Positions 15,731 to 27,934 of a stretch of DNA of 64,000 bases are shown one piece after another (position 1 is the stretch's first letter; every line of letters starts with the position of its first letter). This DNA comes from Myxococcota bacterium. GTDB lineage: Bacteria > Myxococcota_A > UBA9042 > PHBI01 > JAWLBL01. The notes under the pieces are model-generated. The model made no database searches. It was not told the origin of the DNA and was given only the letters and a program-made list of their open reading frames with translations. The stretch covers positions 64,001-128,000 of the forward strand of contig JAWLBL010000017.1 in NCBI GenBank assembly GCA_041687695.1, given 5' to 3'. Position numbers and translations under genes: made by a program.

Positions 15731-16393
15731 GTGATCGCTCGACAGGCTCTGTTGCTCTCCGCGAGCCCTGGTGCCGGGTTCCGCCCTGTGTGCGACTCGG
15801 CGTCGCTCGCGTTGTTGCCCTTCTACAACGCTCCGGTGCTCGATGTCGCGGTGGTTCAGCTCGCGCAGGTCGGCGTAGAGCGCGTGTCAGTGACGGTGGG
15901 GGCCTCGGGGGACCCGGTTGCGAGGCACGTGGCGAGCACATTGACGTCCCGCCACCCTGGGATCGCGTTCACCGCCCGGGTCGCCAAGGCGGGCTGCGAT
16001 GGCGACTCCCTCTCGAAGGGCCCGCTCTGGGTCGTCGACACCTCGGTGGTGTTCCTGGGAGCCCTCCACGGTTTGGCCCAGGCGCACGCCATTGGCCGGG
16101 CGCCCGTGACCTGGCTGGCGCCCTCCAGGACCTCGCCGGGCCCGACCCACGAAGTGCGTGCCGCCAGCGCGTCGGGTGGCGTGGCGCTGACCTCGTCGGC
16201 GCAGGAGCTCGGCGCTGGCTCGGCCGTGCCGAGCGACATCCTCGCCCGGCTCGTGACCACGGACGGCGCGCGTGCCTGGCGCCACGCCGGCTTCTGGGCC
16301 GACGTGAGCACGCCGGAAGGTTACCTGGACGCGCACCGCCGCGGATGGGCGCACCTCGACCAGCTGCTTGCGCTGGGGCTGCACCAGCGCTGA
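15731..16393 (+). CDS. Sugar-phosphate nucleotidyltransferase-fold protein with degenerate active-site motif
   Basis: GTG start with GAGGAGG RBS; QALLLSASPGAGFRPV..SLALLPFYNAPVL aligns to AMILAAGxGTRLRP..PKPLLP; C-terminal GFWADVSTPEGY. Confidence 0.65.
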   Translation: MIARQALLLSASPGAGFRPVCDSASLALLPFYNAPVLDVAVVQLAQVGVERVSVTVGASGDPVARHVASTLTSRHPGIAFTARVAKAGCDGDSLSKGPLWVVDTSVVFLGALHGLAQAHAIGRAPVTWLAPSRTSPGPTHEVRAASASGGVALTSSAQELGAGSAVPSDILARLVTTDGARAWRHAGFWADVSTPEGYLDAHRRGWAHLDQLLALGLHQR

Positions 16394-16409
16394 ACGCCGC
16401 CGGGCGGTC

Positions 16410-17177
16410 TCAGCGTCCCAGGTACTTCACGCAGATCACGGTGACGTTGTCCTTGCCACCGTTGTCGCAAGCCGCCTTGATGAGGGCCTCGACCGCCTTG
16501 TCGAGGTCGTCCCGGTGACGGTCGACGAGCTCGAGGATCTGCGGGTCCGTGACCTCGCCGCTGAGGCCGTCCGAGCAGAGGACGAAGATGTCGTCGACCT
16601 CCGGCGCGTCGCGGCACACGTCGACCAGCACGGACTCCTTCATGCCGAGCGCCCGCACGATGATGTTCTTGTGCGGGAAGGCCGCCTCCTCCTCGGGGGT
16701 CATGGCCTGGATCTTCTTGTAGTCGTTGAGGAGGGAGTGGTCCTCGGTCATCGGGTCGAGCTTGCCCTTCCGATAGCGGTAGCAGCGGCTGTCCCCGACG
16801 TGGGCGATGACGATGTGCTCGTCGGTCCAGTGGCACCCGACGAACGTCGTCCCCATGCCCTTGTAGCGCATGTCCTCGAGCGCGGTCTCGAAGATGGTCC
16901 GGTTGGCGAGCTTGACGGCCGCCGAGATGCGGTTCTCGTCGTAGCCGAGCTCGCGGTCCATCTTGTAGGGCCACGTGATCTCGTCGTCGCCGTCGGTCTC
17001 GAGGAAGAAGTTCCGGAGCGTGTCGACGGCGATCTTGCTGGCCACCTCACCCGAGCTGTGCCCCCCCATGCCATCGGCGACCACGAAGAGGTTCTGCTCC
17101 GGGAAGAGCATGAGGTTGTCCTCGTTGTGGTCTCGCTTCATCCCGACGTGGGTGGCACCCGCGTACTGCAGCTTCAT
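16410..17177 (-). CDS. PP2C-family Ser/Thr protein phosphatase
   Basis: HVGMKRDHNED, VADGMGG, GMGTT, HVGDSRCY, LCSDGL, GGKDNVT. Confidence 0.95.
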   Translation of the reverse strand: MKLQYAGATHVGMKRDHNEDNLMLFPEQNLFVVADGMGGHSSGEVASKIAVDTLRNFFLETDGDDEITWPYKMDRELGYDENRISAAVKLANRTIFETALEDMRYKGMGTTFVGCHWTDEHIVIAHVGDSRCYRYRKGKLDPMTEDHSLLNDYKKIQAMTPEEEAAFPHKNIIVRALGMKESVLVDVCRDAPEVDDIFVLCSDGLSGEVTDPQILELVDRHRDDLDKAVEALIKAACDNGGKDNVTVICVKYLGR

Positions 17178-17383
17178 CGATGCCTCGATCTCCGGCCTGT
17201 CTCTGAGCCTCTCCGCGCCGAAGGATGGCACGGGAGGCGGCCGGCTGCAACTGGTGCCACGACGCCTGTCGGGCCGAGAGGGGAACGTCGCGGTTGTCGA
17301 TTCGGCGCGCGTGGTTATCCTCGCTCGCCCCGAGCCCGGCAGGCGTGGCCGGGGGACTGGCCGCGGCCGCGGTGGGAGGCGAC

Positions 17384-19950
<2,567 letters not shown>

Positions 19951-19954
<4 letters not shown>

Positions 19955-19980
19955 CACCCCGGACGAGCGACTCCTAACAT
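19951..19980 (+). promoter_or_regulatory. Sigma70-type promoter for the kinase gene
   Basis: TTGACA-N18-TAACAT overlapping the uvrA stop. Confidence 0.5.
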
Positions 19981-20037
19981 CGCGGCATCCCTCGGGGGGG
20001 CCCGGAGGGAGTCAGACTCAGACCGCGCGCCGAGCTC

Positions 20038-22161
20038 ATGACGCAGACTTTCGGCAAGTACCAGCTCGATCAGCTCATCGCGGTGGGCGGGATGGCCGAG
20101 GTCTTCCTCGCGCGCCAGTCTGGCCCGGCGGGCTTCCAGAAGCAGCTGGTCGTCAAGCGCATCCTCCCGCAGTTCGCGCAGGACGCGAAGTTCATCCAGA
20201 TGTTCCTCGACGAGGCCCGGCTCGCGGCGCAGCTGGCGCACCCGAACCTGGTCCAGATCTTCGAGCTCGGTGAGGAGCAGGGCGCCTACTACATCGCCAT
20301 GGAGTACATCGATGGCGAGACCGTGGCCGACATCATCGACCGCGCCAACGCCCTCGGCGTGCGCCTGCCCTACCACTTCGCGGCCCGCGTCATCGCGCAC
20401 GTCTGCGCCGGACTCGACTACGCGCACCACTTCACGACCAGCAGCGGCGAGCCGCTGAACCTGGTCCACCGCGACATCAGCCCGGACAACATCCTGGTGT
20501 CGTGGACGGGCGCGGTGAAGACCATCGACTTCGGGATCGCCAAGGCCCAGACCAACCGCACGAAGACCCAGTCGGGGGCCGTCAAGGGCAAGTTCTGCTA
20601 CATGTCGCCCGAGCAGGTCATGGGCAAGCCCCTCGACGGGCGCAGCGACCTCTTCAGCGTCGGCATCGTGCTCTACGAGCTGGTGACCGGCGTGAGGCCG
20701 TTCGGGGACGACGCCGGGCTGATGGCGGTCTCCGCCATCGTGAACGAGGACCCGCTGCCGATCCGAGAGCGCGCCCGCGACATCCCCGAGGCGCTCGAGG
20801 CCATCATCTTGAAGGCCCTCGCCAAGGATCCCGACCATCGCTACGCCCGCGCGCGCGACCTGCAGGGCGACCTCGAGACGTTCATCCAGTCGCACGCCAG
20901 GTTCGTCAACGACTCCGAGGTCGGCGAGTTGATGCAGGCGCTGCGCCGGGGCGAGGCGCGCGACGTGACGTTCGTCAAGCGCCTGCAGCGCGAGATCCAC
21001 ACCACCGTCGAGGACGGCGCCGGTGGGGCCCAGGAGTCCAGCGGCAGCTGGCGACTGCCGGGCCTCGCCCGTCGGGGATCCGAGCCCGATTCGCGGTCGC
21101 CACCCGTGGGCGCGAGCGCTCCCAGCGCCGCCTCGACCCAGCCGGCAGCCCTTGGCGGCTTCCGCAAGCGGTCACCGACGGGCCTGGACCCGAAGAAGCG
21201 GAACGCCATCCTCGCGGGCGCGGTCGGGGGGGCGTTGGCGCTCGTGCTGATCCTGGTGTTCACCTCTTCGAAGGACTCGCTCGAACCTCCGGCGGACAGC
21301 CGTCCGCCCGTCGACGCGGCGCTGCCCGAGCCGGTGGTCGCGACGCCGGCACCGCCTCGGCCCCAAGCCGCCACCGAGGACGAAGATGAAGCGCCCGAGG
21401 GACGCGACTACGACGAGCAGGTCGTCCCCACGGCGGCGCTGGGTTCGCTCGAGCCGGCGAGCGCCAGGTTCGGTGACCTGCGGTTGCCTCCCATCCAGGA
21501 TGGAACCGGCCCCGCGGCGGCCGCCAACGAGGCTCACGCCGGCTCGGCCACGGCGGACGTGACCGCCGGCGAGATCGAGGCCGACGCCTCGGCGTCCGAG
21601 TCGACGCCCGATACGCGGGCCAGCGCGCCCGATGACGCCGGTCCCGCTGCGGCCGAGGACACGAGCGGGCCGGTGGCCGAGCCCGACGGCGGCGCGAGCG
21701 GGCTCGAGGAGGACGACGACCAGCCGCGGTCCAACTTTGGAACCATCCGAGGCGAGGGCAAGCTCATCCTCGACAGCAACCTCCATGGCGCCGAGGTCTG
21801 GGCCAACGGTCGCAAGATCGGGACGACCCCGCTGCGGATGAACCTGTTCGACGGGACCTACGACCTCGAGGTGCGCGCGGGCGCGGCGCGTTGGGTCAAG
21901 GACGGTGTGCGCATCGAATACGGTGGCACCCGGACCTTCAACGCGCGCCTGTCGGCCGGACGTGTCGCGATCGAAGGCGTGCCGCTGGGCGTCCTGTGCA
22001 CCCTGGACGGAGTGCTGGTCGCCCGATCCCAGTTCGACGGGGTGTTCGTCGCCTCCGGCGACCACGAGGTCGTGTGCGACGACCCGGCGCGCGGCAAGCG
22101 CAGCGTCAAGGTGAGCGTGCGGGCGGGCGCCAGCGAGCGTGCGGTCATCGCCTGGGACTGA
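20038..22161 (+). CDS. Membrane Ser/Thr protein kinase with C-terminal PEGA-like domain
   Basis: GGMAEVF, VVKRIL, HRDISPDN, DFGIAK, YMSPEQ; TM segment ILAGAVGGALALVLILVF; GAEVWANGRKIGTTPL. Confidence 0.93.
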   Translation: MTQTFGKYQLDQLIAVGGMAEVFLARQSGPAGFQKQLVVKRILPQFAQDAKFIQMFLDEARLAAQLAHPNLVQIFELGEEQGAYYIAMEYIDGETVADIIDRANALGVRLPYHFAARVIAHVCAGLDYAHHFTTSSGEPLNLVHRDISPDNILVSWTGAVKTIDFGIAKAQTNRTKTQSGAVKGKFCYMSPEQVMGKPLDGRSDLFSVGIVLYELVTGVRPFGDDAGLMAVSAIVNEDPLPIRERARDIPEALEAIILKALAKDPDHRYARARDLQGDLETFIQSHARFVNDSEVGELMQALRRGEARDVTFVKRLQREIHTTVEDGAGGAQESSGSWRLPGLARRGSEPDSRSPPVGASAPSAASTQPAALGGFRKRSPTGLDPKKRNAILAGAVGGALALVLILVFTSSKDSLEPPADSRPPVDAALPEPVVATPAPPRPQAATEDEDEAPEGRDYDEQVVPTAALGSLEPASARFGDLRLPPIQDGTGPAAAANEAHAGSATADVTAGEIEADASASESTPDTRASAPDDAGPAAAEDTSGPVAEPDGGASGLEEDDDQPRSNFGTIRGEGKLILDSNLHGAEVWANGRKIGTTPLRMNLFDGTYDLEVRAGAARWVKDGVRIEYGGTRTFNARLSAGRVAIEGVPLGVLCTLDGVLVARSQFDGVFVASGDHEVVCDDPARGKRSVKVSVRAGASERAVIAWD

Positions 22162-22221
22162 CGAGCCGTCGGTCACGGCAGGTCGGCGACACGATGATAG
22201 CCGGTGGGCGCTCGAAGCTCG

Positions 22222-23277
22222 CTATCGAGGCGTAGCGGGCGTCAGCCACTGGTCGAGCGCCTCGGGCACGCCTCCGAGGATGTCGGCCTCCAGCATGAGC
22301 TGCCGCCAGTCGGGCGGGTCGGCCTGCACCTCGAAGCGGACGTCGTGTGTCGATCGCCCCGGGGGGAGCCCCACCAGGCGACGTTCGAGCACGTAGCTAT
22401 GTGGGGCCAGCGAGAACGTGTCCACCACCTCGCCGTCGACCCAGGTGCGAACGGTGACGGGGCCGCCCGGCTCCGAGCGCACGGCCTTCTGGTTCAGGCC
22501 GACGCGGACCACGAGCGCAGCGCCGGTCGGAGCGCCGGGCCAGGACACGGACAACACCGCGTTGCCGGGGCCCGGGTGCGCGTACAACCAGGCCACCTCG
22601 CGGTGAAAGACGTTGCGGCTCTCGACGCGGGGGTCGAGCCAGGGATCCAGGCCGCAGCGATGGCGTCCGTCCTTCCAAGGGCACTTCACGGCACGGCCAT
22701 CGCTCAGGTGGCGCTCGACGACCAGCCGCGCCACGTCGTCGGTCAGTCGAGCGCGAGCGTCCAGACGCGGCAAGTCGTAGCGCGCCAGGGCCACCCCGTC
22801 TCCCAACTCGACGTGCTCGGCCGGCGTCATTCCGGCGAGGCCCTGCATCGACAGCACGGGCGGCGCATGGAAGGCGCTCAGGACCCAGACGCGATCGAAC
22901 CGAAGTAGCTCGAGCGGGTCGAGCACGTCGCCCCGCTGCAGGGCCGGGAACGGCCAGCGCCCCAGGCCCTCGCCCAGCCCGGCCAGATCCTGCCACACGG
23001 ACTCGTACCAGTTCGGCAGCACCACGATGGCATCGCCGGCCTCGAAGCCAGCGCGGATCTGCTCGACCGCGACCGCGAGGGGCTCGGCGGCGGGCACGCG
23101 CGCCTCGTGACGTCCATCGACGACGAGCGCGGCGATCGAGAGCGCGGCGGCCACGAGGAGGACGACGACCCCTCGCAACGGCCGAGCGTCACGCGAGGCG
23201 GCCGCTGGAGGCTTGGGCGTCGAGGCGATGTGGGGGCTCGAGGGCTCGGCGATGGCCATGGCGGCCGTGTACCCCAA
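22222..23277 (-). CDS. Hypothetical membrane-anchored protein, probably last gene of the sigma/CHAT operon
   Basis: N-terminal TM segment, beta-rich C-terminal region; 33 bp downstream of the CHAT gene on the same strand; start uncertain. Confidence 0.65.
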   Translation of the reverse strand: MGYTAAMAIAEPSSPHIASTPKPPAAASRDARPLRGVVVLLVAAALSIAALVVDGRHEARVPAAEPLAVAVEQIRAGFEAGDAIVVLPNWYESVWQDLAGLGEGLGRWPFPALQRGDVLDPLELLRFDRVWVLSAFHAPPVLSMQGLAGMTPAEHVELGDGVALARYDLPRLDARARLTDDVARLVVERHLSDGRAVKCPWKDGRHRCGLDPWLDPRVESRNVFHREVAWLYAHPGPGNAVLSVSWPGAPTGAALVVRVGLNQKAVRSEPGGPVTVRTWVDGEVVDTFSLAPHSYVLERRLVGLPPGRSTHDVRFEVQADPPDWRQLMLEADILGGVPEALDQWLTPATPR

Positions 23278-23310
23278 AGCGAAGCCTGCGTCACCAAAGG
23301 GAACACGCGC

Positions 23311-25119
23311 TCACCACGAGACGACGACGACCCTGACGCGCTCGCTCTGCGACGCGAGGCGCCCTACCGCGGCGTCGAGGGACGCGCCCGAGCCGGTCTC
23401 GGTCAGGAGCGCCGCGAGCTCCCGCTCGCGAGCGATCGGCTGGGCCATCCCTTCTACATCCCCCGTGGTCAGGACGAAGGCGACGCGATCGGGACGCGCT
23501 GCGGGCGCCCAGCTGCCCCGGCCGGAGGGCCAGTGCTGCGGGTCCGTGGGGGGACGCAGCAGCGTGCCGTGAGGCGCTGGATACAGGCGCGCGACGGTGC
23601 CGCTCGACTCGAGCCGCCAGAGCGCCACGCTCGGCTCACCCGCGACGTCCAACGTGACGCGGATGCGCGCGTCTGGAGCCAGGGCGGCGCCGGACGCCAC
23701 GGGGCGGGCCTCGGGCGTGCCGTCGAGCGCGACGACGTCCAGGTCCGGGCCCCTGGTCGGCTGGATCAGGGTCGGTGTCGCGCCAGGTGGCCACCAGCGA
23801 TGCGTGACGAAGGCGGCCGTGGCGGCCAGGACGACGAGCGCGACCGCAAACGACGCGCGGCTCGCCAACGACGGACGCCGGGGCATCTGCGTCACGCCCG
23901 AGCGTGTCTCGGCGGAGTGCTTCCGGAGCCTGAGCAGGGCCGGGCGGGGCGGCTCCGGGGTGCTCACGGGAGCCCTTGGGAGCGGCCGCGCTCGCGTCTG
24001 GGGGGCGCCGAGGCCGGTTGCGTCCGACGGCGTCGCGGGGCGAACCCCCTCGGCGGGATCGCCGTACAACACATAGGAGGCCCAGAACACGCTTCCCGGG
24101 CCATAGCGTTCGAGCAACGCCCGCCGCGCCGCTCGGAGCGCGACGCCGACCGGAGCGCCGGCGAACGCGGCGCGGTGGAACGCCAGGGCGAGGTGACAAG
24201 CTGGCTCGTCGGGCACGTCCCAGCGCGGGCCGACGAAGTGACGGGCGCCGCAGGCGAGGAAGGTCGCGGCGAAGGACGACTCGGCGTCGGGGCCGCTCGG
24301 GGGGCTGTCGTCGGAGGGGGCCGCCGAGCGGCAGGCGTTCGAGAAGACGAGCCGAGGCCACCGTGCGCCGTCGGAGAGGCGGAGGAGATCCGATCGCGTC
24401 AACGCGCCGTCCTCGAGCAGCCAAGCTCCGGTCTCAGGGGAGCCGGCCAACCGCTTGCCGTGTCCGGCGTAGTGGATGACGTCGTAGTCGCGCCACAGCC
24501 GCTTGAGGTCGGTCAGACGGACCTCGGTCCCGAGGAGGTCCATCTGGACGTCCCGGGTGCCGGCGCCGAGCTCGTCACGCAGAAGCAGTCCCTCGTAGTA
24601 GGCGCCCATCAGATCGCCAAGGGGATCGCAGACCACGAGCATGCGTAGGCGCGGGGGCGCGGCGCGCGGGCCCGCCGCGAGCGGGGTGGCGGAGGGCGAG
24701 ATGCGCCCAACGGCGTGCCGCAGCGCGAGGAAGCTCCGCCCGTCGTGGAGCAGCTCCCAGGGAAGCGCGGCGAGGGCGGCGTCGAGCTCGAGCGAAAGGA
24801 TCCCGTCTGGGCTTGCACGCAACGCGGCCACGATCGAGGCGGGGAGCAGCTCGCCATACAGCAGCTCGCCGAACGGCCGGAGCGCTTCGAAGCTGCCGCG
24901 GTCGTCGTCGCCGAACCGGGTGGCCCCCGAGAGGATCGCGGCCATCTGCGTCGTGACCTCCACCGCCAGCTCGGGACGCCACGCGAGCGTTCCAGCGCCC
25001 AGCGTCCGTGCGGCTCCAAGGCGCCCGGAGGTCAGGGTCGCCTCGAGCAGGCCGTCGACGACCCTGGCTCGCAGGCGCAGCTCGGGGCCGGACCCCATCG
25101 TCGCGCCGGCGGCCGTCAC
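23311..25119 (-). CDS. CHAT (caspase-like) protease with a TM helix and a DUF4384-like C-terminal domain
   Basis: LPWELL, VIHYAGHG (catalytic His), LVFSNACRS (catalytic Cys), WASYVLYGDP; TM FAVALVVLAATAAFV; VALWRLESSGTVARLYP. Confidence 0.88.
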   Translation of the reverse strand: MTAAGATMGSGPELRLRARVVDGLLEATLTSGRLGAARTLGAGTLAWRPELAVEVTTQMAAILSGATRFGDDDRGSFEALRPFGELLYGELLPASIVAALRASPDGILSLELDAALAALPWELLHDGRSFLALRHAVGRISPSATPLAAGPRAAPPRLRMLVVCDPLGDLMGAYYEGLLLRDELGAGTRDVQMDLLGTEVRLTDLKRLWRDYDVIHYAGHGKRLAGSPETGAWLLEDGALTRSDLLRLSDGARWPRLVFSNACRSAAPSDDSPPSGPDAESSFAATFLACGARHFVGPRWDVPDEPACHLALAFHRAAFAGAPVGVALRAARRALLERYGPGSVFWASYVLYGDPAEGVRPATPSDATGLGAPQTRARPLPRAPVSTPEPPRPALLRLRKHSAETRSGVTQMPRRPSLASRASFAVALVVLAATAAFVTHRWWPPGATPTLIQPTRGPDLDVVALDGTPEARPVASGAALAPDARIRVTLDVAGEPSVALWRLESSGTVARLYPAPHGTLLRPPTDPQHWPSGRGSWAPAARPDRVAFVLTTGDVEGMAQPIARERELAALLTETGSGASLDAAVGRLASQSERVRVVVVSW

Positions 25120-25799
25120 GCCACGAACTCCGAACCCCTCAGCTCCAGCTCGACCACACCGACATCGCTGCCGCTGCGGGCCAGGACCAAACGGTAGGCG
25201 CCTGGACGAAGCGCGCCAAACGTGACCCGTCCCAGGCGGGTGGACAGGCTGGCCAACGCTCGCTCGTCACGGGTCAGGGTGACCTGGACGTCCTCGGTCG
25301 GCCTCCCATCCTGCCCATCATGGCTGACGTCCAGCAGGACGGCGAAGCGACCGGCGGCCGCCGATGACACCTGCGTGCGCACACGGAGCCCACGGCTGCG
25401 CGCCTCCGCCACCAGATCGTGCGCTTCCGTCGCGCGGGTCGGCACGGCCGCGACGGGCTCGCCCATGATCTCGACGGGCACGATCGCGCCCCCGAGCGCA
25501 CGTGCGACGATCCTCAGCAGGACCGCCGTCTGCAGCCGGCGCCGACTCAGGCGCTCGATCGCGGAGGCGATCCGGCCCTGAGGCACCGCCCTGGGCCCGG
25601 CCTCGTGGGCGACCGAGAGGAGCTCGTGGCAGCGCGTGCAACCCTCGACATGGGCGGCCAGGGCCCACGGTTCGCAGTTCGAACCCGCGAACGCCGCCAG
25701 GTCGGGACAAGGGCCTGCGCCGGCGCGCCCGAGCGCGCTCAGCTCCTGGAGGAGCGCCTCGAAACCATGCGGCCTTCGGGCGTCTTCGGATCGGTCCAC
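25116..25799 (-). CDS. Putative zinc-binding anti-sigma factor with a C-terminal beta-sandwich
   Basis: CPD...HVEGCTRC (HxxxCxxC ZAS motif); C-terminal GRVTFGALRPGAYRL; GTG start with GAGGAGG RBS; directly after the ECF gene. Confidence 0.7.
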   Translation of the reverse strand: MDRSEDARRPHGFEALLQELSALGRAGAGPCPDLAAFAGSNCEPWALAAHVEGCTRCHELLSVAHEAGPRAVPQGRIASAIERLSRRRLQTAVLLRIVARALGGAIVPVEIMGEPVAAVPTRATEAHDLVAEARSRGLRVRTQVSSAAAGRFAVLLDVSHDGQDGRPTEDVQVTLTRDERALASLSTRLGRVTFGALRPGAYRLVLARSGSDVGVVELELRGSEFVA

Positions 25800-25857
25800 G
25801 AGCCACCTCCTCTTCGACGGACACCATAGACGTTCGTGTCGTCGCCTCCTCACACCG

Positions 25858-26475
25858 TCAGCCAGCGCCGCCCCTCAGCATCCGCGCGAGCGCCTCGCGA
25901 AGCCGCTGCAGAGCGCGCGTCTTGCGCGTGTAGAGCGTGCCCGTTCGCACGCCGAGCTCGCGCGCCAGGCGCTCGGGAGGGACCTCGTCGACCACCAGCC
26001 GCAGCAGGAGCTCGCGATCCGAGTCGGACAGCGTCTGCAGCGCACGCCTGAGCTCCTCGAGGCGTCCCGCCCTGACCAGGAGGTCGAGCGCCGAGGGCGT
26101 ATCGTGGGGGACGGCGTCGAGCGCCTCGGGGCTGCTGACCCGGGCGCGCGCGGCATCCAGACGATGACGCCGCAGCTGATCCACCACCACGGAGGCCGCG
26201 ACCAGGCGCACCCAACTGGCGAGCGAGCAGCGCCCGCTCCATTGCCGCAGCCGGCGTTGGTCGCGGTCGAAGAGGGCGACGAACACGCTGTCGAACAGCT
26301 CCTCGACCCGGTCGGTGTCCGCCCGCACCTGGGCGCGGCGCAGCGCCGCGTAGATGACCCCATAGACCAGCCGACCGAAGCGTTCGACCAGCTCCTCCCA
26401 AGCGCCGGGTGTCCGCGACAGACACCCGGCGACCAGCTCCACGTCCGCGCTCGCACGCTCGATGGGTAGGTTCAT
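25858..26475 (-). CDS. ECF-family RNA polymerase sigma factor
   Basis: DVELVAGC..AWEELVERFGRLVY, SLASWVRLVA..VVDQLRR (region 2), ALQTLSDSDRELL..LARELGV..GTLYTRKTRA (region 4). Confidence 0.9.
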   Translation of the reverse strand: MNLPIERASADVELVAGCLSRTPGAWEELVERFGRLVYGVIYAALRRAQVRADTDRVEELFDSVFVALFDRDQRRLRQWSGRCSLASWVRLVAASVVVDQLRRHRLDAARARVSSPEALDAVPHDTPSALDLLVRAGRLEELRRALQTLSDSDRELLLRLVVDEVPPERLARELGVRTGTLYTRKTRALQRLREALARMLRGGAG

Positions 26476-26482
26476 GGCTCGC

Positions 26483-26510
26483 TGAGACGTCGCGCGTCGA
26501 AAAAAGTTCC
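26483..26510 (-). promoter_or_regulatory. ECF-type, probably autoregulatory promoter; leaderless transcript likely
   Basis: GGAAC-N17-GTCTCA (GGAACTT...GTCTCA) ending 7 nt before the sigma ATG; no RBS present. Confidence 0.7.
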
Positions 26511-26565
26511 GAGCCGTTGTAAAAGGGCCGCGCCCCACCGCGAGGCGACCAAGTACGGAGGTGAC

Positions 26566-27024
26566 ATGCGACGGACTATCTGGCGAGTTCTGGCCCCCGT
26601 GGCCGTGCTGCTGGCCGCGGCCTGCGGGCCGGGCATGGACGAGCGGTCGGGCGGCGACGCCACCCGCGGCGAGGCCGCGCAGGTGGCGCTCGACACGCCC
26701 TTCGACGACCGGGTGAGCGCGCCGCAGGGCGATCACACCGACTGGAAGACCTTCTCCGTCGATGGCCCGACGCGCGCCGAGGTCCACGTGTGGTGGGACG
26801 ACCCCGGCCTCGCGGCCACGGTGACGGTACGAGACCAGTTCTCGGCCGCGCTGGGATCCCTCAAGCACAGGCCGGGCGAGCGCGTCGAACGGCTCGGTCC
26901 GCTCGAGCTCGAGCCCGGCAACTACTTCATCGAGGTTCAGGCGAGCGAGGGAGCGAGCGTCTACACGATGGAGATTCGCACCTCGGCTGGCCGTTCGAAG
27001 GCGCCCTTGCGGCCCGACTTCTGA
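26566..27024 (+). CDS. Lipoprotein with a PPC-like beta-jellyroll domain
   Basis: Lipobox LAAAC after a signal peptide; DHTDWKTF...LEPGNYFIEV...YTMEI; GGAGG RBS. Confidence 0.75.
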   Translation: MRRTIWRVLAPVAVLLAAACGPGMDERSGGDATRGEAAQVALDTPFDDRVSAPQGDHTDWKTFSVDGPTRAEVHVWWDDPGLAATVTVRDQFSAALGSLKHRPGERVERLGPLELEPGNYFIEVQASEGASVYTMEIRTSAGRSKAPLRPDF

Positions 27025-27234
27025 GCGGGGAGGGTGACCGGTGCGGCCGTCGGTGCGAAGTGAGGTCAGTCGGCCCCACCTGGGGTCCGATGTCACCGGG
27101 TCGAAGCTCCCCCGGCACGTCGCTCCTGGCCCCCCGTGCCTCCGGTCCGCGGCTCCGAGGGGCGGGCGAAAAAAACTTGGCCGGGGCGGCGCCGATGGGC
27201 TCGTTTTCCTTTGAAAACAGCGTCTTGGGTCGGA

Positions 27235-27264
27235 TTGACACTGGAAAAAGGGCTGTGCTACGGT
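27235..27264 (+). promoter_or_regulatory. Sigma70-type promoter for the CIS operon
   Basis: TTGACA-N18-TACGGT with TGn extension, 76 nt before the cap gene. Confidence 0.55.
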
Positions 27265-27340
27265 CTGCGCGTCCAGCCGGGCCGGCGAGAGGGCTTCGCC
27301 CCGAAGCGTCGCGTCGGTCCGAGCGCAGGTCGGGTCCCTG

Positions 27341-27934
27341 ATGAGTCAGTTCGAAGTCATCAAAGACATCGGCGATACGGTGAAGGCGCTGCTCGAAGAC
27401 GCATTCAAGAGCGCCGGGTTCACGACCGTGAACATCTCCGTGGACAAGCCGAAGAAGGACAACATCAAGAACCTGCCCACGGTGAACTGCTACATGTACC
27501 ACCTGGCGTTCGACTCGCGGTATCGCGAGCGGACCCAGTCGCTCGTGTCGTCCTATACGAAGGACGGGCGGATCGTGGAGTACTACCGCGACGCCCCGGT
27601 CCACATGCTCGCGCACTACATCCTCAGCGTCTGGGGCAACTCCCCGGCCGAGGAGAACCTGCTGACGGGCCTCGCGGTCAAGACGCTGCTGGAGTATCCC
27701 GTCTTGACGGGTGAGCAGCTCCGCGGCGAGAGCTTCTTTCCGGACGACAAGCTCAACGTCTATCCGAACCTTCAGTCCGACTTCAATGATGTGCTGAGCT
27801 TCTGGCGCAGCATGAACGAGGAGCTACGGCCCGCGGTCTTCTATTTCGTCCGGTTCCGTATCGAGTCCGATCGGAAGTCACCGGAGGTTAGGCGAGTCAC
27901 TGGCAAGGATCTTGCAGTTACCCGCAGCCGGTAG
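27341..27934 (+). CDS. CIS tail terminator/cap (DUF4255, Afp16/Pvc16-like)
   Basis: VNCYMYHL...HYILSVW...EENLL...LLEYPVL...FWRSM...RPAVFY pattern; first gene before the sheath. Confidence 0.8.
   Translation: MSQFEVIKDIGDTVKALLEDAFKSAGFTTVNISVDKPKKDNIKNLPTVNCYMYHLAFDSRYRERTQSLVSSYTKDGRIVEYYRDAPVHMLAHYILSVWGNSPAEENLLTGLAVKTLLEYPVLTGEQLRGESFFPDDKLNVYPNLQSDFNDVLSFWRSMNEELRPAVFYFVRFRIESDRKSPEVRRVTGKDLAVTRSR

Noticed and set aside
17225..17383. Upstream-extended starts given by the ORF track (uvrA; likewise nuoN, nuoJ/K/F, PP2C, ECF sigma, lysC, radC)
   Set aside because: Extensions overlap neighbouring genes or promoters and lack family similarity; downstream starts fit better, most with an RBS.
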